Shown piece after piece: positions 40,294 through 54,224 of a stretch of DNA of 64,000 nt. Position numbers and translations under genes: made by a program. The notes beneath the pieces were generated by a model. That model was given only the letters and a program-made list of their open reading frames with translations, made no database searches and was not told where the DNA came from. The DNA is from Eledone cirrhosa. Its lineage: Eukaryota. Numbering within the stretch: the stretch's first letter is position 1; each line of letters opens with the position of its first letter. The stretch is taken from contig OZ024740.1 in the NCBI GenBank assembly GCA_964016885.1, forward strand, positions 122,202,001-122,266,000, written 5' to 3'.

Positions 40294-41685
40294 TTGTCCA
40301 TTATCCATATCACAATGGAAAAACAATACTTGGGAACTTCTTTAAAGAATATACCATTACCTTCTAAGGATGTTTTCTTACTTCTTATGATACAAAAAAC
40401 CAACCAATTTATCAGAAGAATCAGATGGAGGGCCTACCACTTCGATAAAAAAACAAAATGTACTGATAGGAAATATTTGTATGATTTCACTACATATAAA
40501 AATCCACCACACAACTCCTTACTTGAAAACTTTGAGAAAGACCTTTTTAATTTAATCAAACACCTCAAATTTAAGAGGTATAAATCTAATTTTCAAAAGG
40601 ACCTTGATTCTACCCTATTGGACCTAAAGAAATCTAAAAAAATCCATGTCCACTCGGACAAAACTGGAAATCTATATCACATGGATATTGAAAATTACAA
40701 TGAGTTCATATATAAAGAACTCAGGAAAAATTATAGAAAAACAAATAATGCGTCACTTACCAACATCAACAACAAAACACACAGCATAGTGAATAGACTT
40801 AATATTGAAGATAGAACCGAACCTTTGGCATTGAAAAGACCACACTTCAACCTGAAAGATCATAAATCTAACTTTAACTCTAATCCTTCTATAAGGCCTA
40901 TATGCCCTTCCAAATCTGATATTGGAATAATTAGTAAAAAAAAATTAGATAGAGTCATCCCACAACTAAGAAAACATGTTAATTTACAACTCTGGGAAAA
41001 CACATCCCAGGTAATTAACTGGTTTAATAATATTAGAAATAAATCCTCTGCTTCATTTCTACAATTTGATATAGATAATTATTATTCTTCTATATCACCT
41101 ATACTCCTGAACAAAGCCTTGATATTTGCTAAAAATAGATCTAACTTAACTTTGGATGACATTAATATTATTACACATGCTAGACTAACACTATTGGAAT
41201 TTCAGAATGAATACTTGACCAGAAACACATATAGTAATCTATTCGATATTACTATGGGCTCAAGCGATTCTGCCCAAATTACTGATCTTGTGGGCCTCTT
41301 TCTTCTTTTTAACATAAATGCTTCTTTTCCCCACCTTAAAGGTGGTTTATATCGTGACGACTGTCTTCTTCTTTCCAATAACCTTAGCCTCTCAGAGATA
41401 GAAAAAAATAAAAAGCTTATTAGAACTTTCCTCAAAGACTATTATAGTCTAGATATTACATTTGAAAACACAAGTAAAGTAGTTAATTTCCTAGATATAA
41501 CATTAGACCTATCTACGGGTATCTACCAACCTTACCATAAACCCAACCAAAATTTACACTACATACACTCACAATCTAATCACCCTAAATCTATCCTTAA
41601 AAACCTTGCATATAATATATCACTTAGAATTTCTAACCTTTCGTCTAACCAAGATGTATTTGATAAAAAATGCGACCTTTTATAA
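40294..41685 (+). CDS. Penelope-like (Naiad-type) reverse transcriptase, frameshifted near 41670
   Basis: SLKNIP N-terminus, SDKTGNLY, LKDHK..F, FDIDNYYSSI, TMGSSDSAQ..DLVG, LYRDD, NFLDITLDL, PYHKPN, SNHP. Confidence 0.9.
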   Translation: MSIIHITMEKQYLGTSLKNIPLPSKDVFLLLMIQKTNQFIRRIRWRAYHFDKKTKCTDRKYLYDFTTYKNPPHNSLLENFEKDLFNLIKHLKFKRYKSNFQKDLDSTLLDLKKSKKIHVHSDKTGNLYHMDIENYNEFIYKELRKNYRKTNNASLTNINNKTHSIVNRLNIEDRTEPLALKRPHFNLKDHKSNFNSNPSIRPICPSKSDIGIISKKKLDRVIPQLRKHVNLQLWENTSQVINWFNNIRNKSSASFLQFDIDNYYSSISPILLNKALIFAKNRSNLTLDDINIITHARLTLLEFQNEYLTRNTYSNLFDITMGSSDSAQITDLVGLFLLFNINASFPHLKGGLYRDDCLLLSNNLSLSEIEKNKKLIRTFLKDYYSLDITFENTSKVVNFLDITLDLSTGIYQPYHKPNQNLHYIHSQSNHPKSILKNLAYNISLRISNLSSNQDVFDKKCDLL

Positions 41686-42199
41686 CGAAGCTCTAGCTAG
41701 AAGTGGCCACACAAATAGATTAATATATATACCTTCTACCAATAACACTACAGACATACAACCTAATATTACCAACAGACACCAAATGAAACATACACAC
41801 CTAAATGCCACTCACACTATACCCCAAAACACCAACGTAAAACCAAATTTCTCTAACTCTTCTAATATACAGTATAGTAACTCTCAAAAACTACTCATCC
41901 TACAACTCTAATAAATGTTAATAATAAAACTCCTAATAAACAAGCTAAAACACCTAAATCAATAAATCTAACTCTAACACATATATATCCTAGAAACGAT
42001 CGTAAAATTATGAATTTTTTTAATATAAGGATCTGTTTCTTTGTTTATTCATTATTTTATTCATTTATCTTGACTCTGTTTTCGGTTTATTTTTCACCGA
42101 AAGTAGTTTTTGAATGCATCTTCTCTTTTCTTGATATCCGGATTACATTGAGTTCTTCATACGGACTGGACACTACCGTAAACTTTTGGTAGATTTATC

Positions 42200-43012
<813 letters not shown>

Positions 43013-43984
43013 TTTACATATACATAAACTAGACAGAGCCATATATATATATGTGTGTGTTTTAGGAACCATTCAGGGCGTGGCTCAATGACGAATTAAT
43101 TAATTAAATAATCAACAATCAGAGCAATATATGAGATAGTAAGTCCGTAGAATCATTTGATAAAATATATACAGTATTTTTTTCTCCCAATCAGCATAAT
43201 CAACGAAATAAAAAATCAATTAAACGAGGCTATAAGTTTAAAATGTACCTATGAAGAAACAATAGATAAATAAATGATAGTTATTTTATCCGCGATCCAC
43301 ATCCACAGAATATTTACCTAGTATTTCTAATAGCACGTAGACATTGACTAGACATATAGCTAACCATACACAATTCGTTACAAAATCAAAATTAGAAGAA
43401 ATAATGTACATAAACTTACCCAAATTATGTTTCTACCCCATGAAGTTTCATTCGCTTTTTGGAAATATCCGATCATGGATAAATCAACGAGTTTCGAAGT
43501 CATCAGGAAACAAACTCAATTGGACAAAGATTGTTCTTAAATGATCCCCGTCAAAAATGAATTCAAAATGGCTAAGAATTGTCACATGGCCAGTGGTCAA
43601 GTCAGAAAGCTTGTGATTGGTGCCTGACGTTGGGTAGTCTATTTGCTGGAAAGCGCAGCTGAATACTGCCTAAAGTTTTACCTTAGGCAGTATTCGAAGC
43701 TATGCTGTGCTTCGATGGCTATCGCCATCCGTTCGTTCATCAAGGAACAATCGACATGTGTCTGTGTCATTACCTTTCATCAAGACTGTATATCTCTATG
43801 CCACTCGATTGAACATTTGAGAATATATAGTATTTTCTAAAGTATATATGAGCTGATTAGCCTCGTTGGCATACCGATCGATTTACGAGTTAAAATGTTG
43901 GATATGTATAAATGACTACTCACTCATATTCACCCACGCACACGTACACGCACAAACACACATACGCACACATAAGCACACACT

Positions 43985-44118
43985 ATTATTCTGAGGAAGT
44001 CGGCCGATTGAAAAGGGATTTCAAGACTAGAAATATGTAGTAAATTAACCATTAGCAGGCTTGTTGTTACATCGAACTCCATCGATCAATCGACTCTCTG
44101 AAACGATCGTAAGACAAT
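43985..44118 (+). ncRNA. Degenerate long-stem-II hammerhead motif
   Basis: CTGAGGA-AGTCG..GATTG...CAATCGACT ctct-GAAA-C GATC G-TA; stem I poor. Confidence 0.4.
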
Positions 44119-44244
44119 GAATTATCTATCCACCTTCACATGACTACTGTTTATTTGTATTGTTATAAGCACAATCACACAAACACACACACACATACAC
44201 ACACATTCACGCACACACACATACACACACACACACACACACAC

Positions 44245-44298
<54 letters not shown>

Positions 44299-44449
44299 TT
44301 CAAGGGCTTTTTTAAACATGGCAAAGCCTTTCTCCTTTCCACGTCTAATACAAAATATTTCTTCCACGGAAGGATCGAGAGAGAGTGACAGAACGGAAGT
44401 GAAAAAGAAATATAGAGCATGAATCAACACAGTACTTGACTGGTTCTTT

Positions 44450-44540
44450 TTTTTCGACCGCGAATGGATGAAATGCAATATTATCTCCGGTGGGATTTGA
44501 ATTCAGAAAGCAGAAAGCCGAAAACGATACCGCATATGAC
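44450..44540 (-). mobile_element. SINE remnant
   Basis: ttcgaccgcgaatggatgaaatgcaa...ggtgggatttgaattcaga matches 1155-1210. Confidence 0.55.
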
Positions 44541-44949
44541 TGTCATTGTATCGCCTACTATCTAAATATATTAGAGTTAAAATTATGATAATATAAACGA
44601 ATGTAGAATCTTGTTTTCCTGTTTTCATATCTACGTCGCATTTTACTGACTTTCCCAAAAGAACCCTAACAAACATCTATTTTTTTTCTGTACTCATGTG
44701 TCATTACAATTAACAGTCTTCTTTGATTTCGTGTACACTACAGACGAAATACAAAATTTATCAGAATAACACGTGTTTATTGTAATTTGAATACATAAAT
44801 ATAAGGTGAGCTGTGCGTTTGATAATTGAATAAATAAACATGTGATTCTGTGTATGAGGAATTATCGGTGGCTGTCTGATCGTATAGTATTTCGATTTCT
44901 ATATTATCAAGCTGTGTTCATTCTTCAATCGCTTAAATATTCGGCACCA

Positions 44950-46190
44950 TGAAAATTAGTGATACGATATAAGAACATTCGGCTTCTATTTTGATTATTT
45001 GATGTTGAAGGATGTTAGCCTCGATGCTGGGGATAGACGCCCGAGAGAGGACCACTATGTTGGTAATGCAGTCCTCACAAATGATGCAGAAGATTCTTTG
45101 GAACTTCGTTTGCTGGAACCGTTCTGGATGGTTGATATACCGACGATGCAAGGTCCAAGTATCACAGGAGTACAGAAGTGGTTGGAGGATGGAACACGAA
45201 TCGAAATCCATGATTTTGCTTTTTATGGTGAGGCCTTGATTGCGAGAGTTCTCCGTACGCAGCAAGAGCATGAGCATAAGCATGAGCTCCTTTGATCCTG
45301 TTCACAAGTTCTTTCTCGCAGGTGAGGCTGTTCGAGAGGATGATGCCAAGGTAGGGACATTCGTTGATGATTTCTACCGGCTGTCCATCGATTGCAGACG
45401 ACCGGTGTTGCATTTCGGAGGGTTGTTTGGATGAGGGGCTCTGTTTTTGTTTTGATTTTTACATTGAACTGCATCCCGAAAAGTTTGTAAGTCTCATTGT
45501 ACAGGTTTTCTGATCTCTGAAGGTTTATGGGAGTCTGGTCTGCAGTCGCATTGTTGTAGCGTACTGAAGTTCTCGAACTCGGTTGATGGTAGTCTTTATA
45601 CGAGAGCGAAGTCGGGTGAGGTTGCAGGGTCCGCCATCGCCCTATATCTGATGTCAATCCCAGTGCTCTCAACTGGATCTCGTTAATCATGGCAGAGATG
45701 TATAGGGGAAGAATGTTGGAGCCAACACACAGTTCTGCTTGAGGTCACCTGTTGTCGGAAAAACGTCAGGGAGGGTGACCTGATGGTTCACCTGAATTTC
45801 TATTTTGTCATGGAACATATGGATCAGGGACACGAGTGGCCCATATTGCTGCTCTTGCGACTTCGTCGAATGTTTTCCCAAAACATGTGCATTACTGGTT
45901 TCTCTTGCTAACGGCTCTTCTCCACCGAAGACCATATCGACAGTGCCTCTTGAAGGAGGGAAACCACATTAAGATTCTGGAAGGCACTCATCTGTTATGG
46001 AGAGGAGTCGATTCAGGAAAATTCACACGAGGATCTTGCCAGTGGTGCTTAGGAGAGCGATGTCACGATAATTTCCTTAGAGTAGCCGTTCTCTTTTCTT
46101 AAAAATTGTCACAAAATTAGTATTTTTGAGATTCTCAGGACCGATTTTAGCTATCCTGCTTTTCCGTAACATGAGCATTAGTCAGGTCAA
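44950..46190 (-). mobile_element. Degenerate RTE-clade LINE RT fragment
   Basis: GDLKQNCVLAPTFF, YLGIILSN, LLYSCDTWT, ERFQQ..FQRIFCI, VLSRASIPSIEA in broken minus-strand frames. Confidence 0.75.
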
Positions 46191-46607
46191 TTACCCAATC
46201 CCTGCGTGTGTGTCTGTATGTGTGTGTATGTATGTGTGTGTGGTTATATTTGAATTGTAGTCGTGTCAATGCAAATTATTAAAATAGTCAATTACAGGAG
46301 ACAGAAAACAACAACAGCAACACCTAGAAGAAAGTAAAAAAAAAGACATCACACGAATACAGAAATCGTTTTAGCCATTACGTAAAGGTGACACTTGCCA
46401 TTGATTCACCGTATTTGTGGGAAGTCATCTCAAAATGTTACCAATGCTCTATGTCAACCGAATGTTAATATTTCTTAGGATAGGCTTACATTCTCTAAAA
46501 GTCGGCAAAACAAAAGCAAGGGACCTATATATATGTATATGTGTATGTGTGTGTGGGTATGCTTGTATATATGTGTGTATGGGTATGTATGTGTACGTGT
46601 GTGTGTT

Positions 46608-46642
<35 letters not shown>

Positions 46643-47080
46643 TATATATGTGTGTATGTGTATGTGTATATACACGTACGCGTATGTATAGAGCTTTCTG
46701 TTTTTGTGTTTTTATGTGTGTATGTATGTATGTTTATATGTGTGTGTACACCCCCTTTTTATATGTGTGCGTGTATATTTGTGTGTACATATTTGAGTGC
46801 ATATATATCTGTGTATATGTATGTGTATGTATTTATGTTCCTGTTCGTATTACTATGTATACGCAAATACGCTTATGTGAGAAAGTATACGTCTACGTAC
46901 TATTACGTATATGCGCGTAGTTGAGTGTGTGTATGTTTATGTTCTGGATATTCATTTTTTTATATATATTTTTTATATTTTTTCCCCTATTTCCTTTTTA
47001 CCCGTATTTTTCAGCCTCACTTTCATATTTCCTAAATGTTGTTTTCAAATCCATATTTAATAAAAACACCATGCTATTTA

Positions 47081-47141
47081 TTCATTCTGACGACTGAAGA
47101 CAGACACAATATCTGCCTTCAAGAAACCACTGGTAAATGAA
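47081..47141 (+). ncRNA. Canonical type-I hammerhead ribozyme motif
   Basis: TTCATT-CTGACGA-cTGAAGaCAGA cacaata TCTGcCTTCAa-GAAA-CC act GG-TA-AATGAA: perfect 6-bp stem I, long stem II, GUA site; (TA)n ~100 bp downstream. Confidence 0.82.
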
Positions 47142-47292
47142 ATAATTATCATACGTTGTTTATTACATAACTAATAAGCTCTGTAACCTACATAGAGCAC
47201 TCTTTTTTCCTGTACCTTTCCGATGGAAATTCTTCATATATATATATATATAGTAATAATAATAAATTCTTTACTTAAACTATAATCTGTTA

Positions 47293-47336
<44 letters not shown>

Positions 47337-47395
47337 TATGTATGTATGTATGCCGTACTAAGAGTGAGAAATGAAATTTCGTTTTCATTTTATTT

Positions 47396-47465
<70 letters not shown>

Positions 47466-48745
47466 TCACACCAGAGAAATTGATGGATTATTCATTATTG
47501 TGTTTAATTAAGGCAATGTTACTGAATAGCAGGAACAAAATTTAATTTTGATTGTGACTTTTTTGATTTTTTTTTCACTTTTTGTATAAACTTCTTAATA
47601 ATTTAATACGAAAGATTTTGAATTTTGCAAATTAACATCAAGCACTACTATTCAATAGTTCTAAATTTTAAAGGCAATTTGATTCGTTTACATATTATTC
47701 ATATGCTTTTCTGCTATATAAATTTGATGTTTACGTTTACATGTCTTAAATTTCTTTTTAATGTTTTCCTGGGAATTATTCCTACATGCCTGCGTAAAAT
47801 ATTGTATAATATCCCATTTCTCTAATTTGCTTCAATTACAATCCACATCCAATTTTACACATTCTAAGGTTTATTGTTAAAACCTAACTTGAACTGATCA
47901 AGGATATAATTCTAAAAATAATCATGTATATATATATATATATATACAGAAACACGCAACAATTCACGCATGCACACAAATACATACATATATATAAATA
48001 TATATATATTAGTTTTTCAATTTGATTTAATTAAAGTTTACGTAAAAAATATTATTAGATGCATTTTTTACTATTATTTGCATTATATGGTTTCATTTAG
48101 TTTATGTAGTTACAAAGGCTCCGAAGTGTAATATATCAAAATGAAATTAGAAAATGCACAATAATGTAATATGTCAAATATTAACCTTTGTTCTGCTAAT
48201 CCATTTCCGTGGCTTATTGCGAAACGTTTAATTCATTGGAAGTGGATATTGAGTTTCGTTCATATGAAGAACACATTTATTTTTCATTTACTTATTATGC
48301 GGTGTATGTAGAGAAGCATTCCAAGTTTATTCTCATTGAAATATCGAGCAACTGCAGATTTTTCTTATATTTTTACTTTCAATATATTGCTAATGTTCCT
48401 TTCGTAAGATCTAATCTAGCTATGAGTGAGAACACTTTAGATTAATGGTGTTCCAGTCCTAAATACTCGCCAACATGTGAGCATCTTGTGTTTATTTCGC
48501 CATTGTTTTCTTTTATTTTTTTTTATAAGAATAGATTGACAATTAGAAAAGATGTGAAACACATTTCTAATAGTAGGCAAAACCATGTAATAAATTCTAC
48601 GCTGGTTAACTTTTTAATACCTGTGAACAGTGTTTCGTAATATTCGACTGTATTCTAGTAGAAAGGTGTATTTCCCAAAATCAAGTATGCAGTGTCCTGG
48701 GTTGTATTCAGAGAGACACGGACGTACGTGTATGTATATCTTCTT

Positions 48746-48772
48746 ATTATTGTTGTTGCTGTTGTTGTTGTT

Positions 48773-48824
<52 letters not shown>

Positions 48825-48870
48825 TTGTTGTTGATCTTCTTCTTCTTTTTTTTCTTCTTCTTCTTCTGCT
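48746..48870. repeat. (TTG)n/(TTC)n microsatellite
   Basis: Direct reading. Confidence 0.9.
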
Positions 48871-50149
48871 TCACTTACACCATGGAAGAAGGCGTTCATA
48901 ATAGAGAGTCCATGGCTATATTAGAAGTGTAATAAGGCTTCTCACTTCCTAATTAAATCGAGATCACCAACCCATCCAATCACTCTGTTCCATGTCAAGT
49001 GACTAGTGACAACCTGTTCATTGATGTCTCACATCAGGATATATAACTCAATCTTAACTACATATCGTACTACAATGACTTCATCTTGCAGGGACCTGTA
49101 TTCGTAATCCTTGCTTGGTGCAAGTATAGTCATGGGTGAGAATGGGGATACTCACAAGCTTCCGGCTGTCAGAATCTGTTATGGACTGGATCCCATTAGG
49201 AGTAATGGGATCCATATAATCATTCTAACGACCGGGAGCTTGTCAGTACCCCCACACTCACATTTACAGTCATTTTTGACGCCATACCTGAAAGGTGGAG
49301 TTTCCATCCTTTATCCAAATCTACAGCATCAGAGGCACTGAACTTAGTGGAGGAAACACCGACTATATCTAGCCGGTAGCGTGTAGCCTACCCAAATATT
49401 TTCTGCTCATTATCCGTAAGGGATGCAATGTTCCAGGTTCAAATTGTCAAGTTTTGCTCCATTCTGGACAATATTTGGGGTCTCGTGATACACAATATTT
49501 ATGCATCCAACCCAGGCCTCCCATGACAGGTCACAGGCCCATAACCAACTTGTTGTGGCATGAAATGGTGACTGTTTTTCAACAATCTATCTAAAACCTG
49601 AACGCGTCCCCTTTTTTCCAGTGTTAGGACGATGCAGGGTGGTTCTTGTTTTGTTTTCTACAAGTGATTGCAGTTGTAGTTTTGGGGGTCAGATTCGCAC
49701 CAGTTTCCAATCTGGTACTTTCTCAAACAAGTGAAGACCAGATCTTTTAGAGGCGGCCTTTGTTTGCCTCGTCATAGCTACGTCACTGAATTGTGAGAGT
49801 TTCCTTGGGAGCTACAGGTGTTCCCCATTGATCCATTTACCCCTGTTGCATGCTTATATCGAAACCAGCAATAATATATTTGGACGAATAGCAGCCCGCC
49901 ACCTATAATCCGTTCTCTAACAGAACAGCTCTGTCGAGAAATATATATATATATATATATGAATGTATGTATAGTATATACATACATATATGTACACACA
50001 CACTCGCACACACACAATCAAACACACGCACACACACACGCACATACACACATACACACACATACACACTCACACACACATGCACACAGACATAGATATA
50101 TAACTTTGATAAATTTAATAGGTTTAGGCCTGTATTTATCCAGTCCATG

Positions 50150-50940
50150 TCTAATTTAATAGCACCATCCTGCATTAGACTGTTTCAGAAAATGTAATAG
50201 GTAGCAATATTAGTAAAGCCACCAGAATGCCGTATGAAATGATTTCAGAATTCTTTCCGGCTACCCGCGCCTCTAGTTTAAATCCTGTTTAGTTCATCTT
50301 TGTTTTAGACCTTTTGATGGCGATAGTTGAAATATCAGTGGGTGGGCTTCAGTTGAGTTGGCATGCAAATATCTTCGGAGCTGAGGTTGTTGAAGAAAAG
50401 ATAGCATAGACAGCTAAGCGATACATGTGGGCAACTGGTTGTCCTGTGATAGGTGATGGGATATTTGCCAATTCTTTAGGTGGATTTCATTTGTATGAAG
50501 AAGCAACACGATATAGGTGAAGTACTTACTTTTGGAACATAATTGAACTTTATAGAGATTAAGTAAATGTGTTAACCCATCGTTAGGCTAAACATTTTTT
50601 TGTATTATGTATGTGAGGCCATGAGGTAAAATTATTAAAGATATATAATATTAGCCTTTGTGGCTTTCAGGATGTTAGTTGCACATTATTCAATATCGTG
50701 AAGGAGCGGAACAAGTTTGTATACTTAGTATAAAGACTGATTGTGATTGAAAAGTATTATACTGCTGCGTTTCCATTGGATAATTCCTTTGAAGTGTCAT
50801 GTAAAGGAGGAGTTTTCTGTGTGTGATGTTTAAATTGTTTGAAAATAAATCTTGTGCATACAAACTCTAAACGGAATAACATTTAGTATCATCGGCATAA
50901 GAATAAGCGTTTGAAGAGGTTGTTATAAACATTTTATTAG
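50150..50940 (-). mobile_element. Highly decayed CR1/Jockey-group LINE RT remnant
   Basis: Minus strand at ~50886-50910 reads AYSYADDT; the surrounding frames are broken. Confidence 0.5.
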
Positions 50941-51412
50941 TGAGGTGGGGGCGGGGGAGTCATACCAACAATATAATACATTACAGCATATATATCTTAG
51001 CAAAAGGTATTTTGGCATTCTAAGTTGAAAATTATTACAAGGTTAAATATGATTGAAAGATATATAATTCTAAGTATGATTTTCATCTGTGCCTGAATAC
51101 AATTCAAATAGGACAGCTTACTTCTGCCGTCAGCTTTTATGGTAATGCTATTATCGTGATAAAATAAAACAAATTCAATCATAATATACAAGGAATATTG
51201 AATGAATCCGATATATTTTTATAACAACATCTACATATGTATAAATCTTTATTAATTATTAACGTAATAATCAGTTTCCAGTCCATATACCTCAACGTTT
51301 CGTTTATTATCCTATTCTTTATAATTCACATTCAAACACCCACTCACATAAAATGTATGTCCTCTATGTATCTATGTACACTATTTTATTCATATATTCA
51401 TTCGATCATATA

Positions 51413-51464
<52 letters not shown>

Positions 51465-51472
51465 TAATCGAA

Positions 51473-51529
<57 letters not shown>

Positions 51530-51652
51530 AGGGTGGTGAGTTTTTTTGTAGCACAATAAAGCAATGCAAATATCAGATAAGTAGCACTCTACAGTTTGTA
51601 GAACTGGAGTATAAATAATATAAGATCAAAAGATGGTTAAAAGAGTTCCAAG

Positions 51653-51723
51653 TATTTTATTATGCGCATTTCAAAAACAAATATCAGCATGGGAGGATGT
51701 CTGCGTTATCATCAGATAACATA
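51653..51723 (-). ncRNA. Type-I hammerhead motif
   Basis: Minus: TATGTTAT-CTGATGA-taacGCAGAcATC...GATaTTTGTtttt-GAAA-TGCGCA-TA-ATAAAATA; palindromic ATGCGCAT stem III, AUA site; next to a short inverted repeat (~51340-51400 and ~51780-51845). Confidence 0.65.
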
Positions 51724-51858
51724 GGGAGACATGATATGAAGCTTAAAAAACACTTGTCAGCAGTGAAGTTTTAAATCAACATGAATACATGAATACACGA
51801 GAAAAATAGTGTACATAGAGGACATAAATTGTGTGTAAGTGTGTGTATGAATGTGAGT

Positions 51859-51934
<76 letters not shown>

Positions 51935-53402
51935 TCAAACTTTTCCCCACTTATTTCTTGACATTTCCTTTGCTACATCATTTACCCATCTTTCTTTTAG
52001 CGTTCCCTGTAATAGTTATTTTGACCCCCCCCCCCCTATCAGCGCATATTTTCTCTTTTGTTTTCCTTTTTATAAAGTCTCTGATTTTTACTTCTAACTT
52101 GTGTTGTTTTGTCTCCACTTCACCCTCTATTATATTCAGAGTATTTTTCTGCATTTTCACTAGCTATTGCAACCTTTGATATTTGCCAAGATTGAATATT
52201 TCTACTAACAACGGTTTCGGTCTATTGAAGATTCATTTTATGTTTTAGAATTCCATTCTAGTTAGATTCTGTTGTTAGTTCCTTTGTTCTTATTACATTT
52301 ATTTTATTTATATTATTTTCCCCAGAAATAACTAGATTAGTTCTGAGTGAGAAATGATAAATTCAAGATCTTTATCCAAAAAGCCAATAATTAGATTTGT
52401 CCTTCCTCAATGAGTGGCAATCAAAGCTAGACATATCCAGGCAATGAACAGTGTTGGCTGCCACCATTTGTTTTTATCGTTCGACCAGTTGCCATAAATA
52501 TGATCTTGTAGAGCTTAAACATCTATCAAAATTCACTATCGCTAATGCTGGACAAGGAATCGTCAATGATAATTCAATTTCATTCTACTTGATCATAATC
52601 TTAGGGCCAATTATCAGTATTACCCAGTCGAAAGCTTTACCATTTGTTGTTTCTTGCTGTTATTCTTCTAAATTGAGAATTTTGTGGAAAGAAACATTTA
52701 TGATGGCAGATTCTTATATTGCTGTTTGCAGAACATCATTTTGTAGCTGTCATTTGTCAGCATTTCACGGCAGAATCTGTTGTAAAGTAGAAGCTTATAT
52801 CCGAGTAACAACAATATTGAAACGAAAATGACTTTTATTATTTAAAGAAACGCAATTGGTTAATGACATATATTGAATAAAAAAGAAAACAGGGAATACT
52901 TTTCAAGATGATGTGGTCAATTCTAAAGTGAACCATGATCATATAATGCAAGGATTACTTATACTAAGTATTGATTGATTAAATCATGTATGAAGAGTTA
53001 GAATATTTCACAACTATAGAGATGGACTTTTATCGATTGAATCTAGCTATACTTAAGATTAGTGGTATTTTATTACCGATAATATGACATATTGCTGTCA
53101 GCAGAGAAACTCGTTGGATAGAAAGGATTCAATTTCAAACCAACATAAAATTTCAATTGTTATTGATGGATGAAACATTGCTTCTTCTATGACTCAAGTA
53201 CCAAATACGTTATATCATCTAGCCATTCTAAAGGGAACACTGACGCTTAGAAGATATTGAACTGTTATATCTTCACAACAACCAGTGCACACATACAAGT
53301 TGTTTCAGGCATTCAACAACAAACGTAAAATGGATGACAACCATTTATGGATAAACACATGACACAGACACACACACACATACACACACACAAACGCACA
53401 CA

Positions 53403-53512
<110 letters not shown>

Positions 53513-53538
53513 AATACATACATGTATATATACATACA

Positions 53539-53577
<39 letters not shown>

Positions 53578-53688
53578 GTATACATATATATATATATATA
53601 TACATATGAGTATGCATATATATATATATATATATATACATATATATGTATATATGTATATATTTATATATGTATGCATATATATGTA

Positions 53689-53760
<72 letters not shown>

Positions 53761-53839
53761 TATATATATACATACATACACGTACATATACTTATATACA
53801 TACATATATATATACATACATTTATATATATATATATAG

Positions 53840-54132
53840 TAAAAAAGATGAAATCTAAAATGCAACTGGAGTCTAATTTTTTTTTAGATATATATATTTA
53901 TTTGGTTCCTTCACCGGTTTCTCAGTTCTTCTGAGAAAAGCCACAGACCTGCCATCTCAGCTCTACTTTTGAAAAGCAGAAGAACTGCGAAACCGGTAAA
54001 GGAACCAAATAAATATATACATATATTTTTAAATAAGACTCCGGTTACATTTTTGATTTCATCTTTTTTTCTTTATACTTTCACTCGTGTTGGACACTTC
54101 GGTTATTTTTCATTTTGTAAAAAAAATCTCAC

Positions 54133-54139
<7 letters not shown>
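53840..54139. mobile_element. Family F1 head-to-head pair (partial inverted copy + full copy) in (TA)n
   Basis: 53840-53933 inverted piece; 53933-54139 full copy; hammerhead 53966-54002 CTT-TTGAAAA-GCAG aagaa CTGC-GAAA-CCG-GTA-AAG. Confidence 0.8.

Positions 54140-54223
<84 letters not shown>

Positions 54224-54224
<1 letters not shown>

Larger units (their letters stand above)
38898..42200 (+). mobile_element. Naiad-type Penelope-like element, direct half: pseudo-LTR, RT ORF, then a partial pLTR repeat
   Basis: pLTR 38898-~40170; ORF 40294-41685; 41970-42200 repeats 39998-40165; ends in (TA)n. Confidence 0.88.

Noticed and set aside
37227-41685. Selenoprotein-type Naiad (in-frame UGA recoding)
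   Set aside because: Conserved Cys positions in the GIY-YIG region are ordinary Cys codons, and the breaks are TAA/frameshifts rather than TGA
52210-52415. Possible minus-strand long hammerhead (TTGAGGA...GACC GAAAC CG TT)
   Set aside because: Stems I and II pair poorly; chance match plausible
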